In this document: positions 55,100-64,000 of the stretch, piece by piece
Position numbering within the stretch: the first letter of the stretch is position 1
Layout: each line of letters starts with the position of its first letter
Source of the DNA: Octopus vulgaris
Lineage: Eukaryota
Direction: 5' to 3'
NCBI GenBank assembly: GCA_951406725.2
Contig: OX597828.1
Coordinates: 57,846,001-57,910,000, forward strand
DNA: 64,000 bases
Program-made: the position numbers and the translations under genes
Notes under the pieces: generated by a model
What the model was told of the DNA's origin: nothing
Seen by the model: the letters and a program-made list of their open reading frames with translations, nothing else
Databases searched by the model: none

Positions 55100-56467
55100 A
55101 TAAAGAGTTTTTATAGTCTATCAAACAAACGTATATACATACATAATTCCTGTCTTAGTGTGTTTGTGAGGTATCAATTCTGTATGAAGATTTACTACTT
55201 CAGTCCTACGTTTAACTCTCTCTATCTCTCTCTCTCTGTCTCTCTCGCACTCATTTAATGAAGTCCTAAAATCTTAAGCAATCCGCTTCACTTCTTTAAA
55301 ATGCTTGGTAGAAATACAAAATAAATCTTTTGATCAGCACTCACAGTCTAAATTAATCGATACTAAACACAGGCTAGTCTGAGTACCACGTAACGTTGCA
55401 CTATCAAACCAAACTATCACATAAAACATCTGAATCTTTCCCATAATCTACCTCTGTCTGATCGCTCCAATTAACCGCAACATTCTTTTGAATTTCAGAT
55501 TTCGTACCTTTCTATTTATTTCTATATTATTATTATTATTATCATCATTATCATCATCATTATTACACGTTCCACAAAATTGTTTTACTCTTTGATGAAG
55601 TTTGATTCAAATAGGTGCAACTTGCCTTATTAATTTAATTACTTTATTCAAATTATTGGTTTTTGCACAATAATCTTTGCAATCTTTGTAACCTTTTGAC
55701 TGTTGTTTAAAAAAAAACATTTATTCTTGGAAAAAAATTTCTACTTGAATACATTTTTGTATTTCCTAATATAATAATTTCGTGCAAGTAGTTAAAAACA
55801 TTCAAACGCTTCATTTTGCCAAATTAGATATATGTGCAAATGGAAGTTCGGTTAACCTTATTAGAAACGATCTCACTTATGTGTAAACAACAATGGTTTT
55901 CTTTCTCGCTGCAATGTTAATATTCGTCAGAGAATTTTAGTTCTAATTTATAAGAGAGGGAGACATACAACATTGCGAACACATTAATCAATTATTTAGT
56001 GTAACAAGGACAACACGGTGACTGAGAAGGTAAACCGTGTGACTAAATTTCATGAATCCCTGCTATGATCAAGTTTGGACGTTATCCAACTATGTAGGGT
56101 AAATAAAGAAATCGGAGTACATAACAATACAGTTTCCTTGGAGAATCTAATTTCGTGCATAATTAACAACATTCTATAGTTTCTTAAATATATGAATAGA
56201 AAGACTATACCAGCCATACTACGCAACGTAATTAAGTGGGCCGAGCAACAAAGTTTATAAATAAAATAAAATTTCCTGGCTATTCTTGTAACTACTTCAC
56301 ATTTTCTTCATTCCAAGAAGTGCCTCTGCTTGTCTTAAAGGTCTTGACTTCGATTTTTAATTAACAATCGTGTCATTATTATTAGAACGGACAATGTTTT
56401 ACAAATTTTTTATTTAAATTTTCAATGCACATAATTCTAATATTTATTTTTGTTTTTTTTTTTATAG

Positions 56468-56552
56468 TGGCTATTTATCTTCTGCTAAAGCCTTGGACAG
56501 GGAAATGAAAGACAAATATAAATTGATTGTTCAAGTTTCTGATGGTGTTCAC
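56468..56552 (+). CDS. Cadherin-repeat gene, exon E (phase 2-0)
   Basis: tttatag|t...cac|gtgagt. (S)GYLSSAKALDREMKDKYKLIVQVSDGVH contains LDRE and Y.L.V..SDG; phase matches exon D. Confidence 0.93.
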
Positions 56553-57607
56553 GTGAGTCATAGTTTAATTGTCTGTTTTTAGACTTAAATATCAAAACTG
56601 TTGCGCTGTTTTACAAATGATTAGCTAAATCCATGGCACTTAAATTCTTTTGTTATTTTCTTTGGAGAGAGTCTTATTTTTTCTGGTATTTAATTCTCAG
56701 TGGCTAATGGATTCAAACTAACAATTCTCTTCAATTTACATTTCCTTCGTTCATTTTCTTTTTGACTTCCCATGCTACTCATTCAATCCTGATTTGTAAT
56801 TTCCTCGTTAACTTTTCATTACAATACACCATTATTTAATTCAAGTCAGGTACAAGGCTATAAATATTTCGGACTGTGAAAATGGGATCTGGCGACGTTC
56901 GTATATTCCTCCTCGTCATTAAGATTCAATAAAGTCAAATGACTATAACATCTGTCCAACTAAATAACAAGAGATTTCACTGAACAGGAATTTATTCCAA
57001 AGTAATGTCCCCGTGTTCATATATTATGATTAACTACAACATAATGGTAATGAACTGGTGGAATCGGTAGAGTGTCGGACAAAAATGTACTTTACGCTGT
57101 GCGATCAAATTCAACTGGAGTCAACAGGATTATTCTTCCTTACAAGATCAATAAAATAAAAGTTGATGTAATGGACTATTCTTCTTTCCTAAAAACTGCA
57201 GGTCTTGTACCCTATTTAGAAACCATCATTAACAAAAATATCTTTATTTCTTGCAAATGAAAGTAAGAGCCAAGTAAGAGATTCCATATTCAGGCCCCTT
57301 TACAAACATCTCAACTCTTACCCCACATTCTCTATTATATCTTTAGAAATGCCACACTTAGTGATCTCTTTTACCTTTGCAGTATTTAGTTAAGCATTAT
57401 TCGGTAGTAATGCTTATCTATATACAAGTATGGTATCGATTAATTAAACATATGAAGCTTGCCACATTAAATACTTTGTATTTATTTCACAAGTTATTTC
57501 CTTTGCTGATGATAGCGTGGTTTTTATTGTTTTATTACCATAATAATGTGTGTACATTCTCGGTAAATGCATGTTTCCCGCCAGTGAATAACTGTGTCAC
57601 TAAGGAA

Positions 57608-57764
57608 ATCGACCCCAGTGCGTAGCTGGTACTTAATTTAACGACCCCGAAAGGATAAAAGGCAAAGTCGACCACGGCGGAATTTGACCTCAGAACGTAA
57701 CGGCAGACGAAATATGGCTACGCATTTCGTCCGGCGTGCTAACGTTTCTGCCAGCTCGCCGCCC
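57608..57764 (-). mobile_element. SINE family 1, tailless copy with TSD
   Basis: TSD TCACTAAGGAA at 57597-57607 and 57765-57775. Confidence 0.85.
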
Positions 57765-58299
57765 TCACTAAGGAATTCTATAATACAGACGCATGTACCA
57801 CTGTATCTGCTCATATTGTCTTTCCCCTCCCGTCATTTCCTACTTCTAAGGATACAGTAAATTGCGACAAACGTGTTTCAAGTATTTGAAAAATACTTTT
57901 TTCCGTTTCGTTTACTTTGAATTGTCTCCGTTTCCTCTTTGTTGAGAAAATTTGTCCAACAATGTTTATTGCTCTTCTTGGTGCGAGTAGCAGTGTTGAT
58001 TAATTAAAATCATCATTCCTGCAAGACTATGTATAACAGCATTTATTTCACAATTATTGTGTTGAAATAACTATACAGTATGAAGCAAACTCGTGACAAG
58101 CTGAAATCTCGATACGCTTTTAAGTGCAAGTCGAAAACAATTACTTCACTTACGCTCAAAGTTCCCAGTAAATTGCTGGAATTAATATTCCAACAGCTGA
58201 TTAATCCTTGTTATTTATTATGTTCAAAGATATTACGTTTTTCGAGTTGTCGGCGGCAGACGTGGGTTTACTTTTTGAATTGCCAAAGATATCAGAATA

Positions 58300-58930
58300 A
58301 TAACGAATTACCGGTGGAGATGATACGTCACATTCCAGACTATAGCCTAGTATTGGAGAGGCGAGATACAAGGGCCATAGTTGTGATGCTGATTCTAAGC
58401 TTATAGTAAACTTTGCAGCAGAGTACAGGGAAGTAGTGAGTGCAGATGACTCAAGAAATAACATGTGGTTGAGTGAGAGCCTGCTAGAACATGCAAGTTC
58501 TGATGGCTCAGGAAGACCATTGTTTGGGGGAAAAGTAAAATGAATAGATTGGTAGGACAATGCAAAATACCCAGCTGCTATTCATGTAGTAGTAATATCC
58601 ACCCGAGGGTCTTCTGCTCAGAAGAGCAGAAAAGCGGAAAACGATGTCTAATAACAGCAGAAACGCACCACAACTTTTTTGTTCCTGTATATTAGTAGTC
58701 TCTTCTCTGAGGGTAGCCAGAAAATTCGCTTCGTTTTCAGTGCCAGAAGTCGATAAGGCAGAAGCTCTTGGGATCCACACCAGTTGTATCATTCCATTAT
58801 CTTGCAACGATAAGAAGGAAGGCGGATAATGGCAACAAGTTATCTTGAACAATGGTAAAATGGCAAACGTGCTCCAAGAAAGGTGAATTTATGTGAAACT
58901 TGTGAGAGAAAACCCGCCTTCCTCGAGAAC
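58300..58930 (+). mobile_element. Possible piggyBac relic
   Basis: C-terminal-like RKVNLCETCERKP at ~58880-58918; the rest is highly degenerate and the boundaries are approximate. Confidence 0.35.
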
Positions 58931-61239
58931 TATAAGAATTTCATTTCTTTGAATCAATGATCAAGGAAAAGATAAAGTACAAACTGAGATGATGCCCACG
59001 CGTGTAGAAGATGCAGGCCCAAAACTATTAAAGAAAACCATTTTCAGAGATAATAAACGTTTATGCTGGAACTATTAAGAAAACAATTTTGAAACGTTCA
59101 GAATTTTCATGATGCGTTGTTCTATTTCCAATTTCATATCAGTTCCTTTGGTAAATCTTTGCAATTTCTAAAGGAATGTTCTTTGTGTATTATCTGTGCT
59201 GAAGAACTTGAGGTCATCTTTGTTGTAAACGATTGTTTTAGTACAGCATTTGTACATAAGCCCATTTCTGTCGAAAAGTTTTGATTATAGGTGATGCTAA
59301 AATAAGTTTCAAGCAAATAATGGAATCAGTTAAATTGACTGAACCTCTTTTCCTGACGAAAAAGTGCGTGATCATCGAACTGTTACTGAACTGGTAACTT
59401 TTGTTGTTCTGTCGATAAAATAGCGGTTACTGAAATACTGGGATCGAGGGACTAGGATAGAAATCATTATTAATGCTATTGTTTAACGTTTGATAAAATA
59501 TTGTACTCGTGTGTATGTGCATACATCTATGTGTGCGTGTATATGTATGAGTGCGTGTATGCGTATATGTATGTATGTGGCAAGGTATATATACCTGCGT
59601 ATACAGGAGTGATGATACATGCAGATGAATGTATAAGTGAGCGTGCATGAGTGCATATGCATGCGAGTAAGGATTGTATGCGTAACTTGTCTGATATATA
59701 CATGTATATGCATCTTCACATATATATTTTCTTATATTACTAAGCACTGAACTGCTAAACATATAGATTCCTTAATTCTTCATAATACTAACACCATCTC
59801 TCTGCCCCTACACTTAGACTCTACTACTATACATTTGTCATTCCTTTTCCTCTTACCCCCCCCCCCCCATTCCTTCTATACAAATATTGAGATCTTTCTA
59901 CTCATCTATATCCCTCCTTCTATAATGTGCGACATCGTACTCAAAGTTAGAAAATTCTATTTAGATTTGTTGTTGTTGTTGGTGGTGGTGTTGTTTTAAT
60001 GGACATTTCCAATTTGGTTAATTGTTTTCTTCTCGTTTGTTTTCTAATAATTTATAAATGTATTATTTAAAATGAGGAAAAAATTGTGTCTAGAAGAGTT
60101 CGGTTTTTGTGTTCGTTACTTGTTTCCACCTTCGAGGCTGAGATTTATTTTCAATATAGCAACGATGGTGATTGCTATTGAAGACGATTCCCAAAGCAGT
60201 AGCGAATGTTTATTATATTCCCAGCAGTGAGAAAAAACAGTAAATTATTATGCTAAAAATAATATTACTAAGTTCTGCAATATTCACGCACAATTAGAAT
60301 GCAAAAGATATAAACGTTAATACTAACAATTACAAAAATAAACAACAGCAAAACCCACATTCCCGTGGTCTCTCGATCTGGTAAAATAAATAACTAAATA
60401 CCCACTTTAAATTCTTATGAACATCAGATAATACTGGTTTTCAATGTTGGAACAAGGCCAGTAGGTTGGGAGTAGGGGATAGGTTGATTCCATCGATTCT
60501 AGTGTTCAAATGCTACATATATTTTGCTGACCCCAATAAGGATGGATAGCAAAGTCGACCTCGGAAGGATATGAACTCAGACCGTAAAAAGGGGTCTGCC
60601 AGCTTGCCCTCTTCTTACATTCAGATAATATTAACTCTAGATACTCCTAAAAAAATATAGAATGATCTCCGTGTGACGTCTTTGATAAGTCTGCTCCATT
60701 AGGGTTTACCTGGGGTTAAACTGCAGATATACTATCGACAAATGCGAAAAAAATATAGTATCTACACAAAAATGAACAGCAACAGAAAAATACATTTTAT
60801 TGGGGGTTAAAATTTTTTTTATAGAAGCGCGTACGGCTACATGTGAACAGTTAGAATCAGATAGTTTTAGGGTGGATCGATTAAAGATAGAATGATATTT
60901 ATGTTGTCGAGGGAAGTTAGTCTAGTATTCTAAAGAAGGATTTAGCTAAGTTCTTAAAGTTAAGTGAGAATAGTGGTGTGTACCATAAAATAGAGCGACC
61001 GCCACTTTTTTTAGGGGGTCTGGGAATAGAGCTATCTAAGTTGTTTGATAAATGAGTGGTATCTATGTTTCTGGGTAAGGCGTGGGGTAAGCGAGGCCTG
61101 TTAGTTTTAGGTGTTTTATTTATTTTCTTGTTTTTGACCTAGTGTTAAATGAATGCGCGTGGGGTCTAAATTGCCTGGGTGCAAGGCCTTCCATGGTTTC
61201 ATCGACTGTGTGTGGTTGGCTACGATTGTGATAGTTGTT

Positions 61240-61465
61240 GCGTGTTTGAGATGTGATTTGAGATATGTATAGTTTGAGCCTGGTGTTATGGATGTATTCG
61301 ATCTGTTAGGAAAAGCCGCCAGCAGCGAGTGCTTGATTATAATATGGTGCGTGATTATTGAAGAGGCCTTCAGTGGAAGAGAGGTCAGATATGCGGGTTG
61401 AGATGCCCTTGATTATGTTATTAAAAGTGGATGTGTGGTGATTGGAATGGATGTGTGTGCGTGTG
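61240..61465 (-). pseudogene. Penelope-like element RT C-terminal fragment
   Basis: [52 protein letters not shown] matches the PLE pattern SNHP...I..RIS.LSS...F...AP.Y..AL...G. Confidence 0.78.
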
Positions 61466-61816
61466 TATGTTTGTGTGTTTTGTGGTAGTGGGGATGTTAT
61501 GCGTGTGTACGTGAGTGTGTGTACGAGAGCGTATGTGTAGGGGAATGTGTGTTTGTGTCTTTGTCTGACATATATATATATATATATATTGATGTATATA
61601 TGTTTATATGTATATGTGTATATGTATATCTGTATATGTGTGCATGTCTGTATATATTTATATGTATATGTATATGTATATATATATATGAATATATATA
61701 TACACACACACATATACATACATGAATATATATATATGAATATAAATATATATATATACGCATATATACATGAATAGAAATATATATATATCCTTAAATA
61801 CATGAATAGATTTATA

Positions 61817-61860
<44 letters not shown>

Positions 61861-61871
61861 TTCACATAAAT

Positions 61872-61913
<42 letters not shown>

Positions 61914-62277
61914 GTAAATGCAAGTATGTGAAGTATTATTACTGCTATAAACATTAATAATGAGGCTGTTAGGAAGACTTCTACCTATACAGCTACAATA
62001 TATAATAATTGAATAAAAGATGAGTAAAGTTACTGATTGCTAAATATCAAAGCTACAGCTTCAAGACACCACCAATCTTATTAAATTCAATAACCACCAC
62101 AAACCTTAACTCTAGATATTTTCCACTTCACGTCCATTCAAATTATCGAGTCTGGGATTTAACAATCTAACTTATAAAAATTAAGCACATAACTTATATG
62201 TACTCTTATATATGTGTGTGTGTATGTATATATATATAGACACACCCACCCACGGGCACGCACACACATATATACGC

Positions 62278-62308
<31 letters not shown>

Positions 62309-62494
62309 ATAGTTCAAAATAAACCGGTAACAATATTAACGGACATGAGTAGTGCACAAGAATTGCGTTACCTCGGTAAAAAATGAGTTCGATGTTTTAA
62401 TCATAACTCTTCGTCAGAAAGGAGAAACTGAAAATTTTAAAGAACGAAACGAACTCACCAACTACAGCACGTGTGTAGCACATTACTATGTATG

Positions 62495-62547
<53 letters not shown>

Positions 62548-63047
62548 TACAGGCTTCTTTTCAGTTTCCCTCTACGAAATCCAACCACAATTCTTTGGTC
62601 GGCTCGTGGCTATAGTAGAAAACATTTGCCCAATGTGCTACTCAATGCAACTGAACCCGGAACTATGAGATTGCGAAGCAAACTTCTTACCACACAGCCA
62701 CACGCCTTTATACATACATATACTGTTACATTATTTACTATTGTGTGACAATCCATTTATATAAATAAATTGTTAAATGGAAAGGATACAGCATAGCATT
62801 ACATGTATTACTAACCATACGTAACTCTTTCCCCGAGTAATCAGTTGCGTTTAAGGTTGTTCCTTCGTCTGAATATTTGTAGATAGTAAGTTCATTATAT
62901 AGTTATCTGCAGCCATATTCAGCATAGTCCTATACATTTGAATATGGAAAAACAAAACGCTGCACAAGTTGTCTTTAGAGAAGAAATTATCCTTATAGAT
63001 CATATAGATATAAACACACCACTAGGATATAAACGACATCACCGGAT

Positions 63048-63092
63048 CGTAGGACGTATACATTTCTGCGTCGTTGCACTTCATCAGTTACG
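63048..63092 (-). ncRNA. Type I HHR motif
   Basis: Reverse complement cgtaa-CTGATGA-ag-tgc(aacgac)gca-GAAA-tgtatacg-TC-ctacg; near-palindromic stem III; GUC site. Confidence 0.65.
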
Positions 63093-63772
63093 TATACCGA
63101 GCTGTTGTTCATGATCACTAAGAGACAGTAACGATGCATAACAACGAGTAACGATGCAAAAACGCACGCGTTCAGATGTCTGGTAACCTCATTCATGGTC
63201 TAGTAATGCTTTTAGACCCATCATGTCTATGAAAAAATTTCCCACAATGTCTATGACAAAATTCCTCCTAAAACTTGTTCAATATCTCGTCATCTATTTC
63301 CAAATCACACGACCATTTTATATATGACTGCTTTATTCAACAGTTCTTTTTTTTTTTTTGTTAATCATTCGCAGTTTCCCTTCTTTGCTTCATACAATAA
63401 TGCTGACACGCTTTTGATTTTCTCTGTACGGGTTTCAAACTATTACGAAGTATTCTAAATAATGGAGCACACTCATCAGTTTCTTGTCTTCCCACTGAAG
63501 ATTACGAAAGGCCGGGAAACTTTGGATTTAAACACATGGAGTAATTTTAGTATATATTTACCATTGTCTTCCTTGTTTATTGATTCCCATGCTAGAAGAA
63601 ACTCAATGGAAAATAGGTTTTACGTTACGGAATTCTAAGTTACGGCAATATTTTGAGAAATTCTAAGCTACAGCAATATTCAGTAACACAGGAAATGCAT
63701 ATATGTATATATATATATATATGTGTGTGTGTATGTATGTAAGTATATATGCATGTATGTATGTATGTATAT

Positions 63773-64000
63773 ATTTCTTTACTACCCACAAGGGGCAAAA
63801 CACAGAGGGGACAAACAAGGACAGATAAACGGATTAAGTCGATTACATCGACCCCAGTGCGTAACTGGTACTTAATTTATCGACCCCGAAAGGATGAAAG
63901 GCAAAGTCGACCTTGGCGGAATTTGAACTCAGAACGTAATGGCAGACGAAATACGGCTACGCATTTCACCCGGCATGCTAACGTTTCTGCCAGCTCGCCG
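63773..64000 (-). mobile_element. SINE family 1 copy running off the window end
   Basis: Homologous to 4660-4895. Confidence 0.85.

Noticed and set aside
60150-60210. ATMVIAIEDD peptide as a possible next cadherin exon
   Set aside because: The acceptor phase is incompatible with exon E, and there is no NDNxP motif or convincing donor.

Overview
AT-rich, microsatellite-dense animal genomic DNA. The SINE and LINE families and the repeat landscape suggest a coleoid cephalopod, probably Octopus (inference, no database search). The only host gene I can support is five phase-consistent exons of an intron-rich cadherin-repeat gene on the + strand (16806-56552). The rest is intronic or flanking DNA full of transposable elements: the 5' half of an L1/Tx1 LINE, a near-complete CR1-like LINE with a tandem CCCH zinc-finger ORF1, RTE and Dong/R4 3' fragments, mariner, hAT and piggyBac relics, a MITE and many tRNA-derived SINEs. 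The most interesting signal is a set of about nine type I hammerhead ribozyme (HHR) motifs from several unrelated small non-coding elements, mostly inserted as divergent inverted pairs. The clearest is a ~351-nt circularly permuted, retrozyme-like unit at 20282-21034 with a 13-bp TSD. It shares a structured RNA domain 3' of the ribozyme with a diverged second family at 33504-33727. Penelope-like RT fragments nearby are candidate mobilisers. Almost all ORFs in the supplied track are spurious microsatellite or antisense ORFs.
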